The position numbers and the translations under genes are program-made. From Octopus vulgaris (taxonomy: Eukaryota): a stretch of 64,000 nucleotides of DNA. Under the pieces are notes generated by a model. It did no database searches and was not told the DNA's origin. It saw nothing but the letters and a program-made list of their open reading frames with translations. Shown piece after piece: positions 1 to 13,864 of the stretch. The stretch is from positions 45,508,001 through 45,572,000 of the forward strand of contig OX597830.1 in assembly GCA_951406725.2 (NCBI GenBank). The letters run 5' to 3'. The number at the start of each line of letters is the position of its first letter. Within the stretch, counting starts at the first letter, position 1.

Positions 1-2
1 GC

Positions 3-5
<3 letters not shown>

Positions 6-52
<47 letters not shown>

Positions 53-159
53 TGCACACATATATACATATATACATACATACATACATACATACATACA
101 TACATACATACATACATACATACATACATACATACATACATACATACACACACATACAT

Positions 160-205
<46 letters not shown>
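6..205. repeat. Compound microsatellite (TA)n-(TACA)n-(TG)n
   Basis: Seen directly. Similar compound tracts at 4181-4380, 35567-36710, 44280-44580, 46340-46590, 50110-50870 and 60053-60291. Confidence 0.95.
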
Positions 206-576
206 ATGTGTACATACTTTTTTATTGGCTTCAGTCATTGGACTGTGACCATGCTGGAGCACATTTTCAAAGATTTTTGTCAATGTGATTGACTCCCAGG
301 ACTTATTTTAGTCAGGTCCTTATTTCATTGATGTCTGTTGAAAGACTAAGTCACCATTTTCGACAAGATGCAAGTTAACACTCAGGATCACATTAGTAAA
401 TACAAGCACACAAAGAAAAACAGACTAAACAGAACTAAAACATTCAACAAAATACATGAAATAACCTAATCTTTACTACTTCAACTACGACTACCACTAC
501 TATTACTATACTACCACAACAACTACTACTACTACAACTATTACTATTATTATTATTATTATTATTATTATTATCA

Positions 577-1050
577 TTGAGTGAGCGAGCAGAGCATGCC
601 ATCAAAGTGACACTGGGGTAAAATATACGAAGCCCAATATACCCATCATGACTACCCGTCTGATAAAGGTACACCAGGCACATGCATCACAACCATATGT
701 GCGCGACATGGTGATCTCATATCAAGATAAACAGCACATGACCTTGCAGGTGGGGCCCAGTTAGAATTTTCTTCAGGTTGAGTAGCCCATCCCGCTCAAA
801 CGGTCCCTGAATAAGGGTTGTTTAAGGATGTTGAAAGAACCACCCATGTTTCCAGAGGTGAATTATTCAAACCCCAAAGAATCCCTCTCAACACATGGCT
901 ATGATGCTCCCCCACTACTTCTGCTCTTGATCAGAGATGCACATATCGTCAGCCACTAAGGGACATGCTCAACTGGTTAAGGTCAAACAACTGACAAGCA
1001 AATCTGTGGTATTGAGCAGAATATTTGCTGTAGCCCATCTTTTATACCAA
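577..1050 (-). mobile_element. 3' fragment of a non-LTR retroelement with (TAA)n tail
   Basis: Higher-GC block bounded by (ATT)n tracts, resembling an abundant octopus interspersed repeat. No intact ORF. Confidence 0.45.
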
Positions 1051-1067
1051 TTATTATTATTATTATT

Positions 1068-1101
<34 letters not shown>

Positions 1102-1173
1102 TAACTTAGGTTTTGTTGGATCTCCTGGAGTCTTGCATGAGTGGTGGGTTTGCAACCTACAGTACAATGCTAC

Positions 1174-1588
1174 TGTGGGTATCTGACTGTCATCACATGA
1201 AGTGGAAAAAAATTTGCTACCGATTACTGCCTCTTCAAAACCTAAGAAAAATCAATTTATTATTCAAGTAGTGTGGGTTTAGCTAACGCTGGACAGGATG
1301 TTTTACTTGCTGGAACAAACGTAGTATATATACATCAAGTATGCATTGCTCCCACCTCTTACAACAATGAATTCTCTTGCATGTAGTGTACCTAATTAAA
1401 ATTACATGGAGTTGACCCAAAAGCGTAAAGTACTTTGGCTACAGTCACAATGTCGTGTTAGTTGAAGTACAATGCTATTAGTTAGGTTTTTTTTTTTTTT
1501 TTTTCTCTTAACTACCTAATACTTTCCTGATGATTCTGGCCATGCTAAGGAGGCAAACATTTTGCAACAGCTCTACTCTGATTTCCTA

Positions 1589-1652
<64 letters not shown>

Positions 1653-2180
1653 CACATGGCAGAGGCAGTAACAATAGCACTCTGCAGCATCAACAGTAGC
1701 AATGAGAATCTGACAGCAGCAGCAACAGTAATGAAAATAATACAATTATGGAAACGGCAAACAGGAAAATCAAGTTTGCTGAAGTTGTTTTTGACTGAAT
1801 TTGACTTGAAGACTGATGCCTGCAAAGAGAAACAGCATCATTTTCCAGGCATCAATCTAAAGTGTAACTCAATTAGCAGCAGTGTGGGTATCTGACTGTC
1901 ATCACATGAAGTGGAAAAAAATTTGCTACCGATTACTGCCTCTTCAAAAACTAAGAAAAATCAATTTATTATTCAAGTAATGTTGGATTAGCTAACGCTG
2001 GACAGGATGTTTTTCCTGCTGAAACAAATGTAGTATATATACATCAAGTATGCATTGCTCCCACCTCTTACAACAATAAATTCTCTTGCATGTAGTGTAC
2101 CTAATTAAAATTACATGGAGTTGACCCAAAAGAGTAAAGTACTTTGGCTACAGTCACAATGTAATGTTAGTTGAAGTACA
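1174..2180 (+). repeat. Direct duplication of about 298 bp (1174-1471 and 1883-2180)
   Basis: tgtgggtatctgactgtcatcacatgaagtgg...gttagttgaagtaca occurs twice with only scattered substitutions. Confidence 0.92.
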
Positions 2181-2760
2181 TGAACCAATGATCTTTTGGT
2201 AGGTTGTTCAGGATTTTATAGACATGGTCATGCATATGCTCACACAGCAATAGAGAAAATGCTAAAAGATACAATGTATAACAGTATGACATTATCTATT
2301 TGGAAAAAGACAATTTCAACATCTTCTTGCTTTCCCTAGTTTGTTATTATGCTGCAAATATTCAATGCCAATTGGACTAAAGTTTTGCAGTAATACAAAG
2401 TGACTGTAACTCTCCTTCATAGTCTGAACATAACTTTAAAAACTGCTCAAATATTTTTTTGTTAATAAATAATAGAGTGTTTAATATTAGAGAATTCTCA
2501 AAAGTAAAAACGATATTTATTAAATTTGCTGTCCATCCTATGAGATGAATGGTAAGATGATTTTTTGAGATGGCAGCAGCAAGCGCATAACAACTAGACA
2601 AAATGCTACTCTCTAATAATATCTCATTGTTTGTTAATGCAAACTGAAGGAGGCAGTAAGGACATCTCATAAAGACTCCTTTGAAATATATTGTTTTTCT
2701 AAAGATGTTTTGTACATCTGGATTCATTTGGGTTTGTCTGAAGTTTCATCCAAGTTAGAA
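1655..2760. pseudogene. Possible heavily decayed hAT-like transposase relic
   Basis: Broken frames with faint hAT-like phrases: AETNVVYIH on +, and CYALAAA..NIVFTFENS..FLKLCSDY in ORF 2377-2727 on -. No clear catalytic motif. Confidence 0.2.
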
Positions 2761-3491
2761 TTCGTCCGGAGAGTATGTTATGGTTCAAGGATTTAATGAT
2801 AAAATAATGAAGATTTGAAATTTATCACATAGACATTCCTATCAAGAAGAATAGATAAAAGAGATCTAAGTCTGGTGTTGTCAGTTGAAGTTAGTCTGTC
2901 CCAACCATTTAATGACTACAAGCGGGACAAAATTCAACAAAAACACCAAAATTATAAAAAGAATAAGCATCACGTAAACAACACTGAAACACATTCAATG
3001 CATGACAACTCATTTCTCACATAGGCACAAGGTCTCAGATTTATAAAAGTAATTAATAATATATGTTCATATGCAATTCTCAGGCCTTTTTTTTACTGAT
3101 TTACTTTAAAAATGATTCTAGTTAATGTTAAAGATATATTTTACTTAACACAGATCAAGATTATGAAATAATATAGCAAAATTCTTGTCTATCAAGCTAA
3201 GAGAAATCCACATTAATACTTTATACAGTTTGTAATGAATTAATTTTAGATTTATGTTACCATATTCTTGTATTCAACTTTTGCATCACCCTGAAATCAT
3301 ATGCAACATGATGATAAATTGCTGGATTTCACGTCAAAGAACTCATGACTTACAGGTGATTATTTGAACACTTTCACTCGTTTTACTTTCAAAGTATAAA
3401 TAATTTCTTTTATCATGTATACACATATGATCACAAGTATGTCAATTAGACATATACTTCTTATATACACATACATACACAAACACGCATT

Positions 3492-4177
3492 TATATATAA
3501 AAACAGATGAGTGGTACAACAAGGCACCAATATTTACTGGAAAATAGCAATTGGTACAAATACGATGTTATTGTAAAGTTTCACTGCGTATATATAGTAT
3601 ATGTCGTATTTGTATTAATTGCTATTTTCCAGTAAATATTGATGCCTTGTTGTACCACTCATCTGCTTTTATATGTATACTTCTACCCTTATGGGACTTT
3701 CTTTTACTGGAAAGTAATACATTTGTATTGCAATATTATTTTTCATTGAAAACTTTTTCACTGTTCTTGTTCTGTTAACGGCTAGGCGTCCAGGCGAGTA
3801 TACTGGCATTGATGTGGCAACATTTGAAATATTGTCTGGGTAAATGCAGCTGATGAAGACTGATCAAATTTACGTTGTCAAACGTATTTGAAGAGTCAGA
3901 AACCAGTCCTGCATTGTCCGATTCTGGGTAGTCCATTTATCGAATGTTCTTCCTAGTGGTAAGAGAAATTTTTCATGTTTGTTGCACACACACGTCTTTG
4001 CTAGTATATACGCAGTGAAGTTTTACAATAGTGTCGTATTTGTATCAATTGCTATTTTCCAGTAAATATTGGTGCCTCGTTGTACCAATCACCTGTTTTT
4101 ATATGTATACTTCTACCCTTATGGGGATTTATTTTACTGGAAAGTAATACATTTGTATTGCAATATTATTTTTCATT
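3492..4177 (+). mobile_element. PLE/retrozyme-like unit: inverted arm plus 430-bp-period direct repeat enclosing an HHR
   Basis: 3602-3747 repeats at 4032-4177; 3492-3595 is an inverted copy of about 4004-4107; HHR at 3843-3915. Confidence 0.7.
3843..3915 (+). ncRNA. Type I hammerhead ribozyme motif
   Basis: Stem I aatgcag/ctgcatt (7 bp); CTGATGA 3850-3856; stem II gact/agtc with inner hairpin tcaaatttacgtt/aacgtatttga; GAAA 3899-3902; ccaGTC cleavage triplet. Confidence 0.75.
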
Positions 4178-4179
4178 AA

Positions 4180-4218
<39 letters not shown>

Positions 4219-4535
4219 CATACATACATACATACATACATACATACATACATACATACATACATACATACATACATACATACATACATACATACATACA
4301 TACATACACACATACATACATACATACACACACATATAAATATACATATACACATATATACTAGAATATATATGTTTGTGTGAATGTGTGTATATGTACT
4401 ATATAATCATACATGTATGCATGTATGTATCTCTTTATTCAGTTTTATTTCAAGATTTCTTGCCAATAGAGAAAGAGCTGGTTTCTAACCTAGATCCAAG
4501 GCTCTTTCATAGGAATTTCAACATCAACAACTGGG

Positions 4536-4569
<34 letters not shown>

Positions 4570-6852
4570 TGTATGTATGTATGTATGTATGTATGTATGT
4601 GTGTGTGTGTGTGTGTGTGTGTATTCATAACACAATAATTTCTCTCTCCACATACATTTTTATACAAATAAATTTTTATATTTACATATCAATAAACTTC
4701 CATTCATAAAGAAAGGATAAGAAAAAGATAATTGTACAGTTATTGTTAAGGTCTTGTGGATTTTATATATTAACAGAAGATGAGTTTGTCAGTTTATCTC
4801 TAACTTCATTGCTATAATGCGTGCTATTTACCTTACAACAATAAAAAAAAAAATACGATAGCTTGCAGCTAAAATTTTAGTACAATCTCAACAATTGGCA
4901 GTATAGGATACTGAGAATAGAAACCGAATTTTGTTCCTATTTTCTTATTCTGCCCAGTGAATAATTTTAAATTTGGAATCAGAGCATATTTGGCTTAGTA
5001 TCCAGTTATCTTATGTTATCAAAGTATTTATCTTTAAAAGGAAAACTCTTGCCCTAGCTCTAAACTTTATCTTGCCTATACAACTTTACACCAAAATTTC
5101 AAATTTTAGAATGGACTCACTGGTTCTAATGAATTGGTTAAAGTTGAGAACATGTAGGAGACATCTCAGGTGTAATTTTTCTTGAAACATTTAGAGCTAA
5201 CTGACCCTATACAACATCTAAATGTAAATACCCTTTCAGATGTTCAACAAATCTTTAACAGCAGTATATGAGCCCTATCAAGGGATTTCATTTTTGTAAT
5301 TAAGGTGAAAACTATTTATTATCTGGTATTATAGCTGAAAAGCTGAAGACATTTTCCTATTTTTAGTCTACAAATTGAAGACTCAAATACACTATGCTAT
5401 TCACAGAACTAAGTGAGATTTAAAATAGTAATTTTCTAAGTGAAAATACCTGAACAGAAAGCAAATTACAAATCTGTTCGATTGCAAGTAAGCTTGATCA
5501 CAATAAACTGTGATCTAATTGTCATTTACATTAAAAAAAATTTTTTTTTGTCTGTGTTCAGAATAGAAGAAAAATCTATCCTCCTGGCTGGACCACATTT
5601 GGCACAAATGTAAGCAAAAGACAAGTTGGAATAATATAAGCAAAAGATAAAAGTATACCTTGTATGAAATAATTATCAAGTTAGAAAGCACCTTGATATA
5701 TATATATATATATATATATCTATATATGTATATATAAATACATGCATGTATATATGCATAAATGTGTGTGTGCATATATGTATGTATGAAGGTTGTATGT
5801 ATGAAAGTATATATGTTTAGGTAGGTGTAGATGCATGGGTATGTGTATAGGGATATTTTTCAATTTTTTTTTTTTTATTTTTAATCTGCATATTAGTCCT
5901 TGATATTGTTAATTACAAATGGGAGAAACAACTGAGGCTTCCTATGTAGCCTGAAAGTGCGTTAAGTTCCATCCCAGCTAAGAGAAATAGGAAGTGTATA
6001 GCCATTTCTTGATATTTAAGGGGTTAGGTTGTAAATATTATTAGAAATGGAAAAGCCCTGAGGAGGAAAATCAGCATTGTATTATTGTAGAGGACGTAGT
6101 AAAGTAATTCACAATTCAGATTGGAATTTGGTTAAAAAAACAAAACAACAAAAACAGTAACTTGGTTGTTCTGGTCAACCTGGCAGATATGGTAATGATT
6201 TTGACTTAAATGTTATGAAGATAGAATTTGTGAAGGGATCGGTTAGTCTGGCAGTATAGGTTTATAAAATTTTATTTCATCAGAAAAGTGACGTTTTTTT
6301 TTTTTTTTAGAGTTTTACTTTTGTGTTAGAATAAGCGTATGACCTTGAAAATCTTCTAAGAGATGTTGAACAGTATCACCTTTTGACTTGGTGATTAACT
6401 AATTATACATTATTTAACTGACCAAATTAGCCTAGAGTTTAGCGGTCAACCAAAATAAATTAACTAAGGATCAGATCAGTTAAATTATTGTCAAAAGCAT
6501 TCTACATTTGAATTGAAAAACCATTTATTGGATAGAGTAAGTAAAAAAGGATGTACTAGTCATAATTAAAAATCGAAATTATAAAGAAAACCAGAGCTAA
6601 TGCCATAACAAAAAATGGAATTTCATTAATAGTTGCTTTTCCTTTTACCTTTGGTATTTTAACCAAATATTTTGCAGCTGAATGATCCTTCGGTTCATTC
6701 AGAATAAAATTAAAGAATTAAGAAAAAACTTGGTCTGTTACAGGATGTCATTGATTTTATTGGAGGGAATTCTCCAATACTGTATTTTATTGTGTTTTGT
6801 ATAATTTTCCTTTTACTGTTCGAGATAATTATGCACAATCATGCCATTACGA

Positions 6853-6896
<44 letters not shown>

Positions 6897-9132
6897 AAGT
6901 GTAAAATTGTGTGAAAGTAGTGTTTTTGGTTTTTTTCAATCCATAAAGCTAATGTGAAGAATTGTGTTAATAAATGCTGCATTGGCAATCACCAGATTTT
7001 CTGATTTAAAAAAAGACCAATACAGTCCCCTAGCCATAGGTCTGGTAGCATGGCCATGAGGTTTGTATGCATGATATCCTCTATCTAAACATTGTCAATA
7101 TGAAGCACAATGGTTATAGTAGCTTAGTATTATTTCTTTGAAAATTTCGTTTAAGAATTTGTTTCAAGCATATATTTGCCTTAATTGTGTAACACTTAAT
7201 GTCTTAGTACTGCTAAGTTATTTAGCAGTTTGGAATTTTATTTGAAAGCTAAATCGTTTGTTTCCTATTCAGATTGAAATGATTTCACAGAAGAATTCAT
7301 TTGAGCATGTTTACTACATGCATTGCCAAACATCAACTGCTGGTTTTGATGTGACGGGTGAGTGGTTGCCAAAATGGTTTTAAAATGGAAACTAATTTCT
7401 ATGTTGTTTCTTGAAAAGAGAACATTAACAGTTTCGACTTTAGCATGAGTGATGTTTCTTTGATTGGTGAAGATTAACACCAATAGATACGAGTTAAGTG
7501 TAATTATCAAGCCAACGGGTTATAGGAAGGACATCTTATCGCAATTTTGTAATTAAAAACCAACAGCAACGATGGTGGGGATGGGGGTGGGGGGTATAAG
7601 GAAACTGTTGCTGAAAGTTATAAACTATAGGAGCTGAATAAACAATGAAATAATTCATAAATGGTTTTGCAGAAGTACTACTTCGGCATTGAGTAATGAA
7701 TGGATTTTTCCAGTGAATGGAATGTTTATTCACACAGTAAACTTTTATGCAAATGTGATGATTATAAGGGTAAGCTGGCCAAACAAATCTTGGCTAGAAT
7801 TCTTCAGGTAATGAAAAAATTGTTTCCCCAACAAAATACTTCATTTAATTTGTGTTTTGAAATAAATCTAAAATGAATTTGGAAGGTGAAAATTGTCCAC
7901 TAGTATAGTTTCATAATTATAGATTTGTTGTGGACTATGAAACTATACCACAACATAAAAGATAAGCAAGATTGCACTTCAATCTGTCATGGTTCATATC
8001 AGCTAGAAATATCAACAAAGAAATATTATTATTTATTTTATTATTACGAAAATATTCATTTCTCGTTGTTCCCGTGCAACCATAACCAAATTGTAAAATA
8101 ATAAAGAGTTGAAAACTATGTATTATGTTCTCACTACACAAAGATATGTAATACAGCATGTAATATTACCTTGTTGATCTTCTAAGAGAAGAAAAAAATG
8201 AAAAGAAAAGAATAATTAAATGCTACATCATAAAAAGTTAGCTTTTGGTGACTGTTTAAAAATGGTAAGCACATCTGAATCTGTCAGTTGTTTTTTTGTT
8301 TTTTTTCCCTATCTCTGGATTAATTTTCATTCAGTAATGGAATAATTTCTGAATTATTTTACTAGTGATATTGATTAAAACTTAATAGATTGTCTTAGAA
8401 ATTAATTGAGAAAGTGATGTATAAAAGAAATTTTGATCATTTATTTTTAGAATTTGCATTGATTATACTCTGAAAGTGAGGTTTTTATAACAAAGAAATA
8501 CTCTGGGTGTAAGTCTAAACAGTTCTAATGCTTTTCATTGTCTTTTTGATAAAGAATATTGGAAGATTACCTTAATGTTTATTCTAGGACTTTCTCTAAG
8601 ATTAATAAAATAGATATCAATAATCTAGTCCCTTGTTTAATTTAGTATGACAGGTTCAATAACTAGAAAAGTGTCTTTAATTAACATCAAGTCCATATTA
8701 ATTTTTAAATTAGCATCTTAAATTAAATCTACCTAAAAACAGACATGAACAGAAACAACGGGTTTCTATGATGTGATTACAATGAAATTTCAATCCAGTG
8801 AATTCTATGTCAATGAATCAAAAAACTAAAGTTCATTTATGTTTAGTAAATTTGGTGCTGGAAGAGCATTGTTTAGTTTTAGTGCAATTAGATGCCATCT
8901 TGATTGATGGTCAGCCAAGAGTGATTAAATGTCACCTTCATTTTCTCATTTACTGATTTCACTTATTCATTTTTGTCTTCTCTTTCATTATCTTCTGATC
9001 AGTTTTCATACTCCTCCTTCACTTTCTCCAACACTCCCTCTCTCAACACACTCTCTCCTTCTCTCTCTCTCACACACACACATACGCATGCATGCACACT
9101 TACACACCTCTCACCATGGCAGTTAGATGTCT

Positions 9133-9404
9133 TCAAGAGTTGACAAAGGGCAGTTTTCTATAATATTCCAGATCTAATTTAAGTGGTGATCGTACTCTGT
9201 GAAAATACCATTCCTCCATACAGTTCAATGCAACTGGCTGCAAATTGAAATAAAATTTGTTCACAAACAGTTGTTTCTTCTGTATCAGATGAGGGATATC
9301 ACCAACTCCAAAAACACAGATGCTCCGAACCCAGATTCCAGAACAAGGTGCTAGTCCTTTCCAGATGGCATAAGTTGCCAACCATGGCTTTTTATCAGGA
9401 TCTC
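9133..9404 (-). CDS. GCNT1: Terminal coding exon 2 of the GCNT-like gene
   Basis: Acceptor ttgcttttAG|GA at 9405/9404 completes the phase-1 Gly codon (..GYKG-DPDKKPW..). C-terminal GT14 motifs CSGIWVRSICVFGVGDIP and LFVNKF..ALNCMEEW. TGA at 9135-9133. Joined CDS is 453 aa. Confidence 0.92.
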
Positions 9405-11865
9405 CTAAAAGCAATAAATTCAAGAAACATGCACAATATTAGAGTGTTGAATTATAACAATATGAATGTAATAGAACATTAAACAATATGTCAGACATGG
9501 TTTGTGAAATTTACTTCGATCCATAAATCTGATCATAACATTACAATTCATCAAAGCTATGTGTAAAGTTGATAGCTTACTAGCCTATCAGCAGAGAGGA
9601 TGTCAGTTCAAATTTCATTAATGGTGATGTGTTGTATGTCAGGCATAGAAACTTAATATTCAATGATACAGTCTCTGCCACGTGTAAGTAGATACTGTGA
9701 GGAAGGGGGATGGATCACTACTGAAAGTTTTGAGTATTATTGATGAGCTTTTCTTTGCTTTATTGTTTTAAATCCTCGAAAAGAAAGTAAATGTATTAGC
9801 TGTTTTTTAACACAACACAAGGGCAAGCTCTGGTCTTCCATAAACAACTTTGCCTGGACTTTCTAGGTGCAATCCCATGGTCATTCATGACCAAAGGGGA
9901 TCTTGACCCTTGTTACTCCCAAATCAAACAAACCTATAAGGCATTCTAGCCATGACCATTTCAATTTTTTATGGGTAGATAGGACAATATCATCTGATGT
10001 GTCTTGTCCTTAGATAAAACAGTAGGGTATTACCTAAGGGAGATTTTGTTGCTATTTCTAGTAAATTGAGTGACCACATTAGCTCAAACTTTGCACGGTG
10101 CCATGTATGTAATACTGGAGTTTTCTTTTTTAAGGAATCAGTGATCCACACTTTTGGTTTGAAGCTACATCTGTAATGAAGATGAACTTGTTTCATACAT
10201 TTAATGTTCACAAAAACATTAAGGATATCGATATTGGGTGGCAGGTTTAAGAGAGATTAAACTAATCCTAATTTCAACTCTGACTGGAAATTAACTCTCA
10301 CCCTGTCGATGTTGTTGTTGTTCTTGTTTGGCTTTAGGTCAAACCTGATTGAGAATGGCTATTATATATCTGGGACTACATTGTTTAATGTCTCTTTTCT
10401 TTTTAAGACATAAAGGTGTGATTTGAGGAAAATTGTTCTGCTATTTCTTGCAGATCATACAACCATTTAAACACTTCCTTATTATCTCATGATAAATAAG
10501 TACTAAACTGATTTAACGGACTACAGCTGAAAGTGTCTTTGTATCTTGGCAAAATAATCAGATTAAAATTTGTCTCACCCAGTTGTGAGCCACATCTCCA
10601 ATTTGTTTCTCATCTTTTTTGAGGCTAATGAAATTAAATCAATATGAAGCATCAATTAAATGGGCTGAACATTCTCCCAAATAAATTGGCTTTGTGCTTA
10701 TTCAGAAAAATCAATATTTGATAATTATCTTAGGAGAGTGCAGTAAAGAAAGAAGAAAATGATAGAAATGATGGGTTCAGGAGAGTCTGTGTTGACAAGT
10801 ATCAAACATTAGTCTCTTGTCTGTCAACCTGTTCTCAACAATAAGATTTAAATGGCCAAGTCAACTAGGGATTGTAGGAAGGTCTAATTTTTATGTTGTA
10901 TTGTATTCTTGACAAGTGATTCCTTGAATTCTGGCCTCTTCCACCTTTTTGCAGCTGAATGGCATAAACTGCAGATAAGAACTAAGCTTAACAGACTGGT
11001 AGATCATTAAACTATCAACTTTAGATAAATCTCTTCAAAAAACTGTATTTTATGATGAAATTTAAGGATTTCATAAACTTTTTAAAGGGAGAGAAAGGAA
11101 AGCAAAAATATGAGACCATTTGGGAAGAGGAATGTTAAGAAATGAGATACGAATAATTTCCAAAAGTTTTTTAAAGACACAAATGGAAAGAAACAGCTCA
11201 AGCCTGAGAATCACTATGAGACTCCAATAAATATCTGGAAGTCTCTTTGTCAGGTAAAAAAGCAAACCCAAAAGCTTTAAAGCTGTTGGTCCTCTAAAAG
11301 ATATTGCATCTTCAACAAGAGTAAAACTAATCCAAATAGTTTCACTGGAGGAGGAATGTCATATCATCTTTCCACAGATTCGTAATTCATAATATCCAAG
11401 CCTGGAATTCTTGCAAAAAATTATTATTTATTTTAACCATTTCTTCACTAAAACCCATTTCTGGGATAATAAAAAAAGGTTTAAGGAAAGAAGGACAACC
11501 CTGTAATGAACTTTTCCATAAATTCCTAAATGTTTGGCAGAGATGACCAATGAAATGACCATTACTGGAATGGCTTAACTAAGGAGAATCAAGTATTATT
11601 TGGGTCTAGCTTGTTTATATCAGAAAATCAATCAATATTGTGAATATTGATTTTATAAATCCTTTTGTTTGTGTGAGAGTAGATATCCACAGACATACAA
11701 GCACACACATATATATAGATATATATAAATGTTTTTGTGTGTGTGCATGTGCGCATGCCAACTAATAATGAAGCTGCCCAGCTTTCAGTACATTAATTAG
11801 TAAAAGTATTAATCAAATAGTCAGTCTATTCACCAGTGTATCAGTCAATGTATCAGTTAGCTGTC

Positions 11866-12251
11866 TGGCACGTAAAGAGCACCATTTGAGCGTGATCGTC
11901 GTCAGCGTCGCCTCACTGGCACTTGTGCCGGTGGCACGTGAACAAAACATTTGAGCGAGGCCGTTGCCAGTGCTGCTGGACTGACTCCTGTGCAGGTGGC
12001 ACGTAAAAAACACCATTTTCGAGCGTGGGCGTTGCCAGTACCGTCAGACTGGCCCTCGTGCCGGTGGCACTTTAAAAGCACCCACTACACTCTCGTAGTG
12101 GTTGGCGTTAGGAAGGGCATCCAGCTGTAGAAACTCTGCCAGATCAGATTGGAGCCTGGCGCAGCCATCTGGTTCGCCAGTCCTCAGTCAAATCATCCAA
12201 CCCATGCTAGCATGGAAAGCGGACGTTAAATAATGATGATGATGATGATGA
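11866..12251 (+). mobile_element. SINE-like repeat with RTE-type tail and (GAT)n end
   Basis: Internal sub-repeats, then ttggcgttaggaagggcatccagctgtagaaac...catgctagcatggaaagcggacgttaaa(tga)n. Second copy at 15918-16128. Lies in the GCNT intron. Confidence 0.75.
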
Positions 12252-12625
12252 TTTTAACCAATGTGTTTATCTATTTCATCAGCCATTGTATCTGCAAGTT
12301 TTTGCCTGTAAACTAATCTATTATCTGTGAATACATGTTCTTTGCATCAATAATCCAGTCCAATATGAGATATTGACACACACATTAAAAACATAGCAAA
12401 CAATTACGGCCATGCGCAATGTACAATGACAAACATCTAAAAACGACTGCGGTTGATTTAGAATAAGAAGGGGAAGCAAACACAACAAATTTAAACTTCT
12501 CTTGCAATTACCTTCAAAAAGACATTTCAGTTTTTTTTTCTGGACAACTACAAAAATGTTTCTGCTTCAATAAGCGTATCTGTATGCACTCATGCATGCA
12601 CAACACAAACACGCTGACAGACAGA

Positions 12626-12653
12626 CATAGATAGATAGAGAGACAGACAAAGG

Positions 12654-12737
<84 letters not shown>
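12626..12737. repeat. (GATA)n microsatellite just inside the GCNT intron
   Basis: Seen directly; produces the spurious IYLS tail of ORF 12590-13864. Confidence 0.95.
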
Positions 12738-12774
12738 CATGAGAGAGAGAATTGAATGACAAAGATATGCTCAC

Positions 12775-13864
12775 CTTTGTAGCCACCAGGTGTGTTCAAA
12801 TGTTGATTTAACTTAGTATGATGTAATGTTGCCCAAATGTATTCATCTGGGCTGTTAATATCTTCAAGCCATTTCACAAAGTCTTGTACTCGTTGGTCTG
12901 ATATTACAAATTTCACGAAATTTCTAGAAAAAACACCGTAAGCACTTCCTTTTACTATACTTATATTATGGGGCGGTGGAAGTTTTTTCTTGTATGTATT
13001 TTCTAATGTCTTTTTTCCTTTAACATCAGCAATTTTATAAACATATTTGAAACGGCCAGTCAACATACGTGCCCCAGTTATGCCTTCAATATCATTTGAA
13101 CCATTGTAGATTTTTAGAATCTTCACTAGCTCTAGATTTGTTCTCAAGGGATATGTTTGACCAGGAAGGTTGATGAAGTATTTCCAGCTGATGTTAGTTT
13201 TTAGGAGATCCGACATACAATTTAAATCTGCCTGTAGACGAGAAAAACCAGAATATATAACATCTTCAAGTTTTGAAGCAATGAAGACATTGTCAAAACA
13301 AGCTGCTAAACGCCTGATATTGTCGTGAAGACTTTTTGATGACTTGGCATCGATGTGAAGGCAATATATATTACTTGGTCGATATATAGCTCGTAATAAA
13401 CGCTCCACTTGGAAAAAGTCTTTATATAAAAGAATACTGAAAGCAATAGGAAACTGTTTCTCCTCTTCAGAAACATTGAAAATGTATTTAGATGACTCAC
13501 GGATAACTTTGCAACTTTTAAATTCTTGTAAGAAATATTTACGGTAATATTTCGAATTAGTTCCAATCTTTGATGATCGTTTTATTTCTTCTTTATCACC
13601 TTTAAAAACTTGACCACAGTTTACCGGACGCATTTGGTAGGAATAAGCGGACAAACCAGCAATATGTTCGGCCATTCTTTCCCGTCCATGTTTTACGTGA
13701 TCCATAGGGAACTCATCTATGTCTGTTGTTTCCGGATTTACCTGTTGCCGCCTACACCAAATCCATACTTGCGAACCAGAGAGTAAAACGAGAAGGATAA
13801 TGATATTACATGTTGTGCACCTGAGGCGCAAATAATAGCGCAGACGGCAACAGGCTCGAAACAT
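12775..13864 (-). CDS. GCNT1: Coding exon 1 of a core-2/I-branching beta-1,6-N-acetylglucosaminyltransferase (CAZy GT14, GCNT1/GCNT3-like)
   Basis: ATG at 13864. N-terminal signal anchor (IIILLVLLSGSQVWIW) and GT14 Branch motifs FPIAFSILLYKD..ERLLRAIYRPSNIYCLHIDAKS, NVFIASKLEDVIYSGFSRLQADLNCMSDLL, WKYFINL, KGSAY and SPDEYIWATL. Ends at donor AAAG|GTGAGC (12775/12774), phase 1. An acceptor (ttcattctAG, 13893-13892) lies 27 nt upstream of the ATG. Exact paralog is uncertain. Confidence 0.93.

Noticed and set aside
6678-6702. Hairpin ctgaatga..cttcgg..tcattcag in the presumed GCNT 3' region
   Set aside because: Single short hairpin expected by chance; the UUCG loop is on the non-transcribed strand.
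12590-12774. C-terminal [15 protein letters not shown] tail of the 424-aa ORF
   Set aside because: Read-through into the intron and (GATA)n; the frame splices at 12775 to exon 9404-9133.
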